From NCBI GenBank assembly GCA_003344405.1, contig NOWV01000032.1:248001-312000 (forward strand): a DNA stretch of 64,000 nucleotides, in the 5' to 3' direction. Below, in pieces: positions 29,216 through 42,327 of the stretch. Source of the DNA: Trichoplax sp. H2 (Eukaryota). Positions within the stretch are counted from its first letter, which is position 1; every line of letters starts with the position of its first letter. A program made the position numbers and the translations under genes. The notes beneath the pieces were generated by a model, which was given only the letters and a program-made list of their open reading frames with translations, did no database searches and was not told where the DNA came from.

Positions 29216-29587
29216 ACTGTGCAGTGTACAGTAGACCTGAGAAAGGTTCGGTTCGGTGCAAACCGTTATGATCTATTGAGTCTACAGTACAGTACTGTAC
29301 TGTGCATTAGTGGAACCGTTTATGTGTACTGTACTGTACTGTACTCTCCTGGGCTACTCCAGGATTTATATCAGCTCGAACCGGTAATTTTCTAGTAATG
29401 TAAAAGGAAAGCGTGCGCGATATTGCACCTCCAAGACAGTAACAACAAACGCAAAGAAGATTGCAGTGAGTAGTAAATTGATCATTCAACAAGATTAAAT
29501 TATATTTTACTCGTATTCTCGCTACAGTAGATAATACGCAAACCCTTAGGACAAAATTTTTTCCATTCTTAATTGAACCGTAACTAA

Positions 29588-32500
29588 ATGGCCACTAAAA
29601 ATGTACAGCATACTGTACCTACGTATAAAACATTGAATCAAGACCAAGAAGCTCTTTTTCGAAGCTGTCGAACTGGCGATATAAGCAAGATCCAGTAATG
29701 ATTAACAATTAAATTAACGATTAACTGTAAATTAGAAACTTCATTACATTACGTTTTAAAGTAACACAGTATTTATTTATAACTTTATACTTAGCTAGAG
29801 TGATAATTATGCAACGTTATCGTGTGTGGGTAATCTCTTTTACGCAATGCCATGCTATACAGTATACTGTAGTATCGCATATATTATATATATACATACG
29901 TATAATTAAATTAATTATATACTTATTTGCCAACTGGCAACATACGCACAGCAATTTACTGTGCTGGGCTGTTGTTTAATTACTATTCTTTTACGTTCGT
30001 GAAATACAGTAATTTAGCAGCTCTTTTAGGTCTAGTATATCAGGTAAATATTGTAACTTTTTCAAATTCTTTCATGACATTATTTAAAATTAGGTATTTA
30101 TTCGAATATTGTGATATTGAAGTTAACTTAAGAGATGCATGGGACGCTACACCTCTGTAAGTAACGTAGGACTACAGTCCGTAATTAGCACATGTTTTAA
30201 TTAATGCTGCTGGTGCTGTTGATCTACGTTACAATTGAATTTAGAGAAATTTAATAATTTGCCATTGTATAATTTCATATTTACTGGTACTATCTTAAAA
30301 TACTGTACAGTACCTTGAGCACAGTAGCTATACTTGTTATGGGGTTGCAGTACTAGCGTTCACGGTTAATTTCAGATAGGAACAGTGCGTATTTAGAAAT
30401 ATTCACAGTTACTTACGCCAGGCCAAGGGCCACTAGAAGAAGGCCTTCATCTTCTTATAGTAATTTTTTGGCCAGGCTAATTCTCATTCAGACATGACGA
30501 TTTTACTTAGCGTTCGACATCTGAACTATATTGATTGATACTGTACTGTTAGATAGGTTTACGTCAGTGGATGTGCTGCAGTTATAACATGCAAGTATAT
30601 AATTGAAATGCAATTAACTTATGCAACACTTACCAAAATATGATTTATGTTTTAAATAGATACTATGCCTGTTTATGTGGTCACAAGGAAATAGTACAAA
30701 TATTGCTAGCAAACGGTAAATTTTAAATCTTTATCATAAAATCATTGAAGATAAGATAAATATATTTTGCTAGTATACAGTATATTGATTACTCACAGTA
30801 GCAACACTTTCTCAGAAGCAGGCGAAACCAAAGGGATTACGTTTAAATAGATTACTTTTTTATGGCATACTGTATGTACCCTGCAGAAACTTTGATTAAT
30901 GAGCTGATATTGTTAGCAACTGTTTCCTAGTTTATAAACTATACGCGAATTATGATCAATGTGTTCATCAATAAGAATTATTTAGATCCCCAGAAAGTTG
31001 ATCCGTTGCTAAAGTATCTAATTTACTTAAAGGTATATCATTACTTTTTTACTGCTCTAAGAGTTCTTTTGATATTAGGAGCAAAGTGTAACGCCACCAC
31101 TTTTGATGGAGAACGCTGCCTTTACGCTGCGCTCTACGATGAAATCCGTAATCTTCTTCGTTCACATCGCGCTATCACTAGCCATACAATGAGAAGAGAT
31201 GCTTACCATGAATTTCTTAGAAGGTACTGTATCTTTAACAATATCTTTAATGCTTACATATCTAATGTCAATCTAAAATCTACTACTCATTGTCTAAAAG
31301 TTAACGCTGCAGGTGCTATGAGGAGGCACCGCATGCTGATTTTAAATTTAGGTTGCAAGATCGATCCATTGCCGTTCATAGATGTATATTAACAACAAGA
31401 TGCAGATACTTCTGTAACAAATTTCGATATCAATGGATGGAAAAGGGTTCCATTAGATTAAAGCATAATAACTCGGTTAGATTTTAAGTTGTGGTCAAAA
31501 CTTCATATAAAGTCTGAAATTATCACGTTGTTTCTACATACTGTAGGTTGAACAAAATGTTTTTAAATTGCTGCTAAAATATTTATACTTTGGTAAGTCA
31601 ATGAACATTTAGCAATGTTACTCTAAAAAGTCCAAAGCTTGAAGTAAATTTTTCTCACATGGAAAGGTTACGTTGATGTTCTATTGGAACAAGCGAGCAG
31701 TTTCTCTGAGCTAGCAAAGCAGTGTGGCCTCCAGGAATTAAGAAATCGTCTTATATCTGAATCGCAGCTTGCAATTAAATTCTGTAAGATTGGTAGCAAT
31801 TATGCAATATTTACGGCAAGAAAAAGAAAGCCTTGATCTTAAATTACCATATCAATTTCTCCGATCTTGTACTCGTATATAGCGTTATCAAAGTCTCATT
31901 CTCAAGTTAATATGATAACGATAATGGAAGATGAGGGCCAAATTAGCGTACAGAACCACATGAAAATTCTTGTCAACAGACTTTTACCAAAAGAATTTAG
32001 ATCAGATCTTGTAATTTATATTCTCGCTAAAAGGGCAATTTTATACCTGTTTATTTTAAGGCTGTAAGAGTTAATATGTCTCCATGGTGCATATTATTAT
32101 AACAGGCTCTAGACTGGCTGTCGCCGAGTCATCATTTCAATGATATAAAGGATGAGCTATTTGATAACTTCGAACCATTAAACTCCATACTGCGTCCTGA
32201 TCTAATATTCTGTGTTGGAGGTTATAAATTTTATGGGCATAAGGTAATTTAAAGAATTTTGTTAGTTTTAGACCATATGATCTACGAAAATTAATATTCT
32301 TTCAATTAATCGCGGATGGTTATATTATGAATTTTTTATCACTCAGGTGTTCTTTTGTGAACGTAGTGACTACTTTAAAGCCCTACTGCTAGGCAATTTT
32401 GCCGAATCAATTGTGAGCAATTGCTCTGAAGAAATTCCAGTCATTAACCTGAACGATTGCACACCTGATATTTTTAGTATTGTGATGGTATTCATCTATG

Positions 32501-33198
32501 CCGGCGATGTAAAGGTCAGCTGCCTGATTTAATTTGTTTTACTTTAACCAAGCGAATACAAACACTGCTGGTGAAGAGTACATAATGCAAGCCAATGTCA
32601 CTAAAGTTTTCTACTGTTCAGATTCCATGTGACCTTACACAGGAAATATTATATGCTGCTGATAAATATCTTATTCCCGGATTAAAGAGGCATTGTTGTA
32701 AGGTGATAATTCAAAACTTACAAACGGACAACGTAATACAGTTATTAGAAACTGCCAGGTTATTGACTATGCCTAAACTGGAGCTGGAGTGTACACGGTT
32801 TATTTCCAAACACCTACTTGAGGTCATTAGCAATTCCTTTATAAACATTACTTTATTGAACATTGTTTGATAGTCTTGAACGGAAATTGCGTCTATCCCG
32901 ATCACTTGCTGAACTACATACTAGAATAACTTTGCAAATTCTAATTATTACTTCATGACCGGATGTTGATTTTCTTTTTCCTTAGATGGTCGAACGCGAT
33001 GATTTTGCGAAAATAATCATCGATGATGCGACAAGTATAATTCAACGACAAGAAACAGATTCTATTCCCATAATCGATGAAGTCAGATATCATCTTGGAG
33101 AGGAAAGTCTACAGCAATCTTCCGAAAAATATAATGAGATTCTCTTGAAAAATAATGCCCTAGATAAGCTCTTGATGAATCTAAATATCGAATGTTAA
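29588..33198 (+). CDS. ABTB1: Ankyrin repeat and BTB/POZ domain-containing protein 1, multi-exon
   Basis: LFRSCRTGDISKIQYLFEYCDIEVNLRDAWDATPLYYACLCGH...LLANGAKCNATTFDGERCLYAAL, two BTB domains (HRCIL..R..YF; GHKVFFCERSDYFKALL) and C-terminal RQETDSIPIIDEVRYHL match ABTB1. Confidence 0.95.
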
Positions 33199-33853
33199 AT
33201 ATCGTCCTTGTATTATAAAAAAATGCAAGAGCACAATATCAGTACAAATTATCTTCAAACACTAATAAAGTTTCATTCAATTCGAATGAGGATCTTTAAT
33301 AGATTAACAATGAAACTCGTCAAATGTTAGAATGTACAGAGGTAATGATGATAGCAAAATGTTAGTACAGTTAGTCCTTTCACTCCTTTGAAACAACTTA
33401 TAAAAGGCCATATTCGAATAAAGCGCCATAAAAGTAACCATAATATGTTTTTACTATTATTGCTATTGAACCGTTAGAAGTTCAATTGAGAAGCTAAACA
33501 GTTTGATATCAAAGTAGGACTTTAAAAATTGATACAAGGAATCAGAAAGAGTTTCCAGTCATTCATATCAGCCTTTCAAACGGGAAACAACTGTCAGAAT
33601 ATGTAGATTGGTAGCCATTACGGTTAAATCCTGTAGGATTAGAATGTCTACTAAATGGTGTGTTAAGAGCCCATGAATAGAAACAATTACCTTATACCTC
33701 AATGTTGTATATACCCTATGATCAAAATTAATTCTGATGTCATTATGACACAAAAACGAGTACATTATTTGCAAATACTGTATAGCAATCAATAACGAAT
33801 TTACAAGAAATATTTGCGCATCAGTTCACCATGATAGCGCGCGGTCAAAAGAT

Positions 33854-35564
33854 TTAGAAAATATTATTATTTATAATCTTTCTCAAGGCCTCCATTTCCG
33901 ATAGTTTAAAATTATTGCCACCATTTTCCTTGAGCTTTCGTCGGTATTCGACATAATGATTATAAACAGTATCAACAGACTGCATTAGCAGTTGTGAACT
34001 ATGCAGTTTCATGAAATGACCCGGAGAGGGTCTACCATTGTTAAGGCCTCTCTCCCACAGCATTGCCCTTAAATCTACGTCCATCTACAAATTTCGCATG
34101 AAGAGAAAAGTTTAGGATTACATTATATGTTATTCATACAGAAAATACCACATAAACGTAATGAAATATAATATTAACATAGCTAACCTGTACACTTGAC
34201 TTAATTGCATTTGTACAAACAGTTGGTTTATCGAATACTTTCGGAGATGATATGGCACTTTGAACATTGGAAAAGACATTAGTAGCGTACACGGCTGATG
34301 AGGTCTTTACCGATGACTGAAAAAATGTTTCAGTGACAGGTATACACTTATCCCTTGTAACATCAATTCTAGCAAATTTACTGCTGTCTTCGAAATGCAA
34401 TCCCCAAGCATCTACTACCAAGCTACCACCTAGAGTTCTATTTCCGTTATAAGATGAGTTTTCTACAAAATTTGGAAAGAAAAAATCAGTAATCCACATT
34501 ATGCAGTTCAGAGATCGATCAAAAATTGGATAAACATGTAATCTAGAATTTTACGCATGTGCATGATATGGTAACAACTAGAAATTGCAAAGCGTCAAAA
34601 ATTTTTCCCCAACTATAATTCATCGTTTACTACTATTTGTATCCGTCATATACTATACGTGTATATCATCCGTAGCATGTGCAATCAGATAGATATCATT
34701 AGTATTATTTAAGCACACATTATTTTGTTGTGCAGTATCAATTTTATTCTGATATACTCGTATTTTAGACACAATTTACTGTATCCAGCGATTAAAACTT
34801 TTAAGTAGTCTTAGCCGTAGCTAAAAACTTACTTGGAACGCAGAAATCAGCAAATTTTCCTTTCAAAACGCTCATAGTACAATTGGTACCATATATATAA
34901 TAGCTTATATTCTGAAATCAGTAATAAATTCCTAGTATTTTAGTATAACACCGCAATTCAACATTATATTGTACGTATTCTAACGTACTGTAGATTGCAT
35001 AACTGAAAAATTTGCGTACAGTATCCAAGCGTTATTAAGTTAATACAAGTAGTAGCAAAGAGCAACTAATTTATCTCGTAATTTTATTATTACGTAATTA
35101 TATAATACGTGATTAGCTCCTGCAGTTTTAATCTGTCACTAACGTAAGGAAGGCATACTGACAGATTGCTAAACTCACATTAACTACCAGTAAAATACGT
35201 GTCGTACATCAAAATTCAGTATACTTATTATTTTGCACATAGTAATACGAGAATAATGGGATACAAAATCATTATACTGTACTCGTACCTTCCCCAAATC
35301 ATGTATCGTCGTTATGTTGACAGGATTCAAACTGTTTTCTTCATCGATCCTAACTCTCTTATTAATGGAGTCGTAATAAACAGATATCTTACCAGTCAAA
35401 AGACTAACACCCAATCCCTTTTTTTGAGAAATGGAACTACCATCTTGTATTACAGTAGCCTGCCACTGCTTCGGTGTGCAGCAGGCATTTGGATTTGAGG
35501 CATAACAAACCATACAGCAGCTTATAATCTGCAACGTCACCAAAACATGTAAACTAGTCGCCAT
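33854..35564 (-). CDS. Ependymin-related secreted protein A; exons 35564-35289, 34911-34833, 34462-34188, 34084-33854
   Basis: Signal peptide, CCxPxQW, YYDxxNKRVR, C..CVP, TLGG, CIPV and FDKPxVC form the ependymin-family pattern, followed by a 76-aa exon-4 tail. Confidence 0.88.
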
Positions 35565-36023
35565 ATTTTCAATACGTTTTCGACTTTTATGCTGTACTAC
35601 ACTTTCTCCGTGATCGAATATGCAGTACTGTACCATACAGCAGGATCGACTTTACTCAGTTACCTCTAAACACGTAAACACTACTCTTTGGGCAGAGCAA
35701 AGTGCAGGTCACATGAGTTGGGAATGACGCTCTACTCATCGGTCATTACTGTAAAGCAGTACTTTTTACCGTGATCATGGACGATAGTACAGTACAGTAC
35801 AATACTGTACAGAACAGTGTCAGTCACAGCCATAGAGGTAACGTAAGTTCTTACTGGTCACAGCTAGAAACCGACAAGGCAGTTGATGACTACGCGGTGT
35901 TAACCAAGTGACGTCATAGTCAAAAAATAGTCATGCGTATTATAAATTAACTAATTTCCCTGCATGACCATAGACATACTGTACAGTACTACATGTAGAC
36001 TAAGTACAGTACATTGTACTGTA

Positions 36024-36318
36024 CATCTAGACTGGAAATTGCACAGGCGGACAGACTTTTGCATACGGTAGTGTACTGTACAGTGTACATACGCGGCCGA
36101 AATCTCGAAAAATCAGTTACTTAGTATAGATCTTCAGTATCTATTTTTCTCTATCATTTCTACTAATTCAAAACTTTATGGCCTTATATAGCTGCTTTCG
36201 AGCAGAACTTAGTAAAATAGAATGGATTTCAATGTAATATTATTTGCAAAATCGAGCATCCGCTTGATAACATTATGGGAAATGCCCGGCCGTCTGAGTG
36301 CAATTTCCTATCCAGATG
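36024..36318. mobile_element. ~295-bp MITE-like element with imperfect TIRs and TA flanks
   Basis: The left end TA|CATCTAGACTGGAAATTGCAC and the reverse complement of the right end TA|CATCTGGATAGGAAATTGCAC match at 18 of 21 positions. TA on both sides fits a Tc1/mariner-type target-site duplication. Confidence 0.65.
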
Positions 36319-36399
36319 TACCTGTAACTGGCTGTAAGTTAGGCTGTAAGCCTGTATGTCTACTCCTGTTGTGAACAGGCGTACCTGTAACATCTAGTG

Positions 36400-36535
36400 T
36401 CATCTGCTAACTGTACTGTACACTGTACAGTACAGTACATTGCGTACAAGTGTACAGTACAGTACAGTACTGTACACTGATTATATTTCTTAATTAATTA
36501 ATTAATTATTATACTGTATAATTAATAATTATAGT
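36400..36535. repeat. TACAG/CTGTA tract followed by TTAA tandems upstream of EPDR B
   Basis: ctgtactgtacactgtacagtacagtac...gtacagtacagtacagtactgtac, then ttaattaattaattaatta. Confidence 0.75.
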
Positions 36536-36621
36536 CACTGCTCCAGTCTGCTGTAGTCTATCCTTTTAGTTCTTGGTGATTGGCGAAACCGATTAACGCA
36601 TTTTTCTCAAAGGTTCTTGTC

Positions 36622-38215
36622 ATGAGAAGTCTTCTCCTTATTGTAGCCCTTTCCATTTATGGAGCGACAGCTCAAATTTGCTGCAGTCCTCCGCAGTTTC
36701 AAACAGTAATCACAACCGATGATTATGTTGAAACTTTAAACACTAAGATTATGTCTCAAATTCAAATTCGGTTATATTACGACTACTCGAATCAGCGAAT
36801 TCGAGTTGATGAAAGTCCTGCTGGTATCAAAACTACAGTCATTATAGACTTCAACACGGTTAGTAATTCATATATAGTAAATAAAAAATGTGTGTTTGAC
36901 GTTTCTTAACAAACCCATCGAACCTCATGAGCTAACAAATAAATTCAATAATTATAATTCAATTAGTCACAAGCTCTTCGAAGTTAATTAATCGGATCGC
37001 CTGAAAATATTATAGTACTCGTAATTTAAAATGCTTACCGACCTGTCGAGTTCGTACTGTGAATCTGTGATGCTTTCTTCAGTCACTGCACTATTAATTT
37101 ATCTCTTTATCATGGCAATAACATCGCGCCAGTGACATTAGCGATGCTGACACAGAGTACCCACCTGCTAGCCAGTAGTTTGATTCCGAAGTACATAAAA
37201 ATTATTAATAGATTAATAGATGTTGTATAATTAATTAGTAGCTGTCATAACTGTACTGTGCGAAATTCCTTTTAGCTTACTCTAATGTTCCAATCGATCG
37301 TCAGACGAATAATTACTTTATAATGAAGATATTTTTGACAATTTTCGACTTTTAGCACAAAACCTACATCATCACTAATGGACAATGTTTAACAACTACT
37401 ATTGAAGCTCCTTTCAATCCTACCTGCATCCCAGGTTTGTTATTCATATTCGTCGATCTTAATTTTCGGTATGCCAGCTGTACGATAACGTTAAAGCAGT
37501 ATTTGGGTTATTTATTTTAAATATTCGAACTTGATCCTACAATTTCTTTGACATTTTCTTCATGTTAATTTAAAAATCTACAACAAGAGTCGATTGCTAT
37601 AGTAATATATATAATTAAAGTATATTTGCTATTTAACATCGATCTACCTATCATTGCTAGGTAACGCATTATATAGTGGCATCTTGCAATTAGGTGGTCC
37701 TGATGGCATTATAGCAAAATCATATCATTTCTCTACCGCCGATAGTACGATACAAACGGATTATATTATTTCTGAGAATTGCATTCCAGTACTCGAAGTA
37801 TCGAAGGTGTCGCTGACTAATCCTACTACTGAAACAACATTCGTTACTCTGACTTACGGTAACACAACTATTGGTATACAAGATCCAAGTGTCTTCGATA
37901 TACCCGCTGTCTGTTCTCAACATGCTTCAATGAAACTACCTGTAAGCGAAAAGGCACTTATTTCATACGTTTACTGTAACGGATAATCCTAAATCCTATG
38001 AATACAATTTCGAATGAATTACAGTATTAATTATAATATAATTATAAACAATATAGTATTTGCATTTAGTGTGATAGATTAAATTTAAATTCTTAAGAAA
38101 ACTAACTGGCCTTTATTAACAATGCAACGATTGCAATTAGGGTTTCGATTTCTCTAATCACCTCCGCAGAAAACGAAGAGCCTCTTTTTACAAAAGTCTT
38201 ACCAGCAACCAGTAA
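36622..38215 (+). CDS. Ependymin-related secreted protein B; exons 36622-36858, 37356-37434, 37661-37941, 38141-38215
   Basis: MRSLLLIVALSIYGATA|QICCSPPQFQ..YYDYSNQRIR..C..CIP..LGG..NCIPV..GIQDPSVFDIPAVC; tail GFDFSNHLRRKRRASFYKSLTSNQ*. Confidence 0.9.
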
Positions 38216-39528
38216 AATAGACATAGTATATTTGTAAATTATATAAACTTTATATTTTTATTGCTGATATCATACGAATACGGTACTGATGTCCGCAATA
38301 CTCCTGTATTTTTGCATTTCACTTAACTGTCGTGCCGTAAGTATAGGCACCAGAAGTATATATCTCTACTATACTACTAGTAGTTAATAACTAAAATATA
38401 AGCAAGACTACTAGCTGCACCCGCGTCAGCACACACGCTTAGATCGGCGAACTGTACGCTGCAATCAACATCTGCTGTATCTATTTTTAATTAAAAGAAA
38501 GCAGTTAATTTTTACGTTTGGTTTGTCGTATAAAATTCTTAGAATTACGTCCGATTGTCCTTTTAATGGCTTAGTGTAGTGACTGTGGCTCAGCTTCTAT
38601 TATGATCATGCGGTGCTGCGACTGTAACTGATAATGCGTAATGCAAAAATATATGTTATCACTGCGACATTAGTAGTGCAATAATCCTTTCCTTCCTATA
38701 ATTACATAGAATTGTAACGCTTATTTCTTTACGTGAAATAAAATCTTCTAAGTACATTAATATAATGACTGCACATACATGTATACTGGATATTTTATAA
38801 ATCTAGTGAGTATCTTAGGATTAGTCTTGTTATCTACTATCTATTATCCGCCTGCTTTCTATCATCGCAATGATTACAGTTGTACTACAGTGAGATACTA
38901 TCAAACAGCTTTAAGCCTTTATAGTGTAACTATAATGGACAGCACTTCTAGCAGCAAGAGACACTTCCCTGCGCGAAATGAGTAGTAGTACAGTGTGGAT
39001 TGTCTCGATAGTATCAGCACTTTATATTGTCATAATAATACCAATACAGTATCAAGAAAAATCTGATACTTGACACCTCTACCTGGGAACTGGCACATGA
39101 TTAATTGACTTATAAGCGACATTACTGACCATTATTATTGTTATTATCACTAATAAATATTGCAAACAGAGGTTTTTGATCTTTTACTCATCTGAGTTCT
39201 CTCTTATATTCATATCAATTAGTGTTCCTCATATATCCAACATCTATACAATCTCATCTTTAATTGCTCGGAAAGCAATAAGTTAAGAGTGTCAGTTTCT
39301 GTTTGATCTTGAGTCTTGGAGAGCACTGTTGATGATCATAAATCATTTTGTTTATTTATTTATTTGCGGCCTGATTCTTCAGCGTTCGGTCTCAGTCAAT
39401 TTATCATCTATACCGCTGAAGCCCTATTGATAAAAAGAGATTTTTTTTTACCTCTATGGCTGAAACCTTAGCATCTTAGTAGTTTAACAGTGAATATTAT
39501 AAAGAGACACATCGCCATCGACACGTCG

Positions 39529-39861
39529 ATGGGCTCTGGTTCAGTTCAACTTTTAGCTGAAACTGCTTTCTGTTAACAGGAAATATAGTACTTTACCATG
39601 GATGCTTACGGTACAGTACAGTGTTATGATCATGCTTTTACGCAGGCACGAGACCTATGCGAGATCTCTTCATAAGCCTAATAAAGCATAATAATCTATT
39701 CATGGGCCCTCGTTCAGTCCAACCTTTAGCTGAAACTGCTTTCTGTTAACCAGAAATATGGTACTGTACCCATAGATGCTCACAGTGTTATGATAAAACT
39801 TTAAAGTTAAACTTTCACGCAGGCACGAGACCTATGCGCGATGATGAGATCTATTCATAAG
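39529..39861. repeat. Diverged tandem duplication (~150-160 bp x2) upstream of EPDR C
   Basis: tgggc.ct.gttcagt.caac.tttagctgaaactgctttctgttaac...acgcaggcacgagacctatgcg...gagatct.ttcataagc occurs at ~39529-39677 and ~39702-39861. Confidence 0.85.
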
Positions 39862-40306
39862 CGCGGTCCGTACTAATTCAACCATTCAGTTACTCAACTT
39901 ACTCATATTGTAAAGTACAGTACTACAGTATTAAAATACGAACAATACAGTACAGTACAGTACAGTACAATAAAAAGTCACGCTGAGGTCACATTTTCGG
40001 CAACCTAGCAACCTTTTTAGCAACTAGTTCAAATCCATAGTACTGTACTGTACAGTATATCAATCAAGTAATCGTGTAAAAATTACAGTACTGTACAGTA
40101 CAGGAAAGCCCATCGAGAAAATACTGTACTGTACCAGCTTGTACTGTAGTGCACTCATTGCTATTGCTACTGAATACTGATAAAGTGCACACTAAAAAAG
40201 TTACGCAATTACTTTACGCACTAGCTGCTCTCCAACTCAGAGGTTCCGCTGCAAACATCGATTCTAAAAATTTGATTAACGACAGAATATTTACGTTTGA
40301 GAAACT

Positions 40307-42327
40307 ATGCTACCATCGCTACCATCAATCGCTATTATCTTAGCTATTACAGCTGCAACTCATGCCTTTCCAATATGTAAAATTCCGATGGAAATCCAAG
40401 GCACGATACAAACATTGAACGTTATGCAAGCGAATAAAGATGCAAAGCCCAACTTATCTGCTCAATCGTACAAATTTACACAAGATTTTAAGTCGAAAAG
40501 AATTCGTTTAGATGGTCAAGTAAATGGAATAAATACAACAATCATTGAAGACTTCGTTGAGGTATTCAGACAGATTTATCATAATAACATATAAGAAATT
40601 ATAGCAAGTATGATAATATATATAATTAATTTATACTTGCTTCTGAGATACGAGGTAATACGCGAACCGTAGTCCCGCAGTCATATGCATAGTTGTATAC
40701 TATATATATATTATATACTGTATATACTGTATATCACATTTACACAGCAGCTTCACGAATGAAGTTCTTATCAAGTTGAAATATTAATAGAAATACAGTA
40801 TTTGATAAATTCTTTAGAATTGGCCAAAAGAGTGAATACAGATCAATGTATAGCAACATTTTCGGAGCCGTACTGTACAGACAAAAATAAATCAATGTAA
40901 ATAGTATTTTACGTATACAGTGTAATACAGGCATATATTACATTGGGCACGATCGAAATTGGAGTTTTTAATTAATAGACAATGATCATTGCTATAAATT
41001 TTTTAATTTTTAATTATTTTGTTCAGTTTAAGCAGTATAGTCTATAGAACGATGGCCAATTCTACTGATCTTTATTTCAGCTATCATACCAAATTAACAC
41101 ACTTTAGAAGATACGCTATAAACAAATTCCTACAGTCACGCTTTTTAATATAGTACCGAATAGACATTATGCTATTTTATGTTAACTAATGCGATAATCA
41201 ATTTATATTGTAACAAAAAAGCACAAGATCTATACGATCATTAACAATGGAAAGAAATGCGTCACTGGTAATTTAACAATTTCGTTTCCGGATGCCAAGG
41301 CTTTAAGTAAGAGTTGATAATTATACAAGATGCGTATTCAAGATTTGAGCTAGTTTATCATTCAAAATAACCGCTGACTGCGGCGATACATGTGGCTTAT
41401 GGAACGTATACTTTATAGCAATAAAGAAATTTAAAATTTGAGACCATTACTGTTCTAAGCGTAGCGAGCGGACCCAGCTCCTAGTAGAGCCTTAAAACTA
41501 AAACATTTTAAGCTCCAAAAATTTATTATTGTACCCTTAATACTCAAAAAAATGGAATTTTATCATTAATTACAGGGTTACTAGATACTATTAAATTCAT
41601 ACAAGCCGTCATCTCGCATACAGCGTAAGGTGATTTCAATGCTATATAATATTTTTTCTTTTATTATATAACTTCAGAAAATGCCACCTACCTTGGAATG
41701 CACACTGTTGGAGGTTCATTAGCTGTATACATATATCGGTTCTCATTGGCTAATATATCAGCAACTGTTGAAGTAGCAAAGAAAACCTGTTTGCCTGTCG
41801 TTGAAGCAGCAGAAATTAAATTTGGTAAATTGGTCCTTCATTCAGCAATATCATTCTTAGATATGAAACCGAAGATCAGCAATCCAAATATTTTAAAGAT
41901 TCCTTCCATTTGTTCTCAACACGCGACAAGAACCGAAAATGTAAATAAGCTATTGTAACGACATATCACAAAATACATATATACCAATGCAAATATATTA
42001 TGTTTACGTCCAGTAATTGATTGAGTTTATCTCAGTAATATTTTTAATATACGTATGAATTACTATAAAATGTAAGTTTAAGTCAATTCCTTAGTTATAA
42101 TTTAGATGAAAACAGTTAACTCAGTTTAATTTTGGTTAGTCAACTCATGCTGTTATTGCTGTAATAATGCGGTTACAAACATAACGATACTGAATTATAT
42201 TTTACGGAGGTTTCTTGGATGTTAATTTTCTCGTTTTCTGCTGACATCGCAATTATAGATGATTGACCACCTTCATTACGTGAGATTGCAAGCGGCTACT
42301 CCAGTGCATAAGCCAGAATCCTCTTAG
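40307..42327 (+). CDS. Ependymin-related secreted protein C (4-Cys type); exons 40307-40561, 41222-41306, 41678-41940, 42259-42327
   Basis: Signal peptide, CKIP, QDFKSKRIR, NATYLGMHTVGG, CLPV and ILKIPSIC, with the same intron phases as its paralogs; tail MIDHLHYVRLQAATPVHKPESS*. Confidence 0.85.

Larger units (their letters stand above)
28263..29559. repeat. Near-identical duplicated segment on both sides of an assembly gap (copy 1 28263-28719; copy 2 28740-~29559 with an extra 374 bp)
   Basis: The same sequence restarts directly after the N run. The copies differ by several SNPs, an 8-bp duplication (ctccaagg) and a 374-bp indel (28971-29344). Confidence 0.9.

Noticed and set aside
33568..33792. 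ORF downstream of EPDR A on the minus strand
   Set aside because: It has a non-ATG start and lies after the EPDR A stop; probably 3'UTR.
38779..38985. 68-aa ORF with a hydrophobic N-terminus as an extra EPDR or secreted peptide
   Set aside because: It has no CxxP or YD..R motif, no matching downstream exons and only one Cys.
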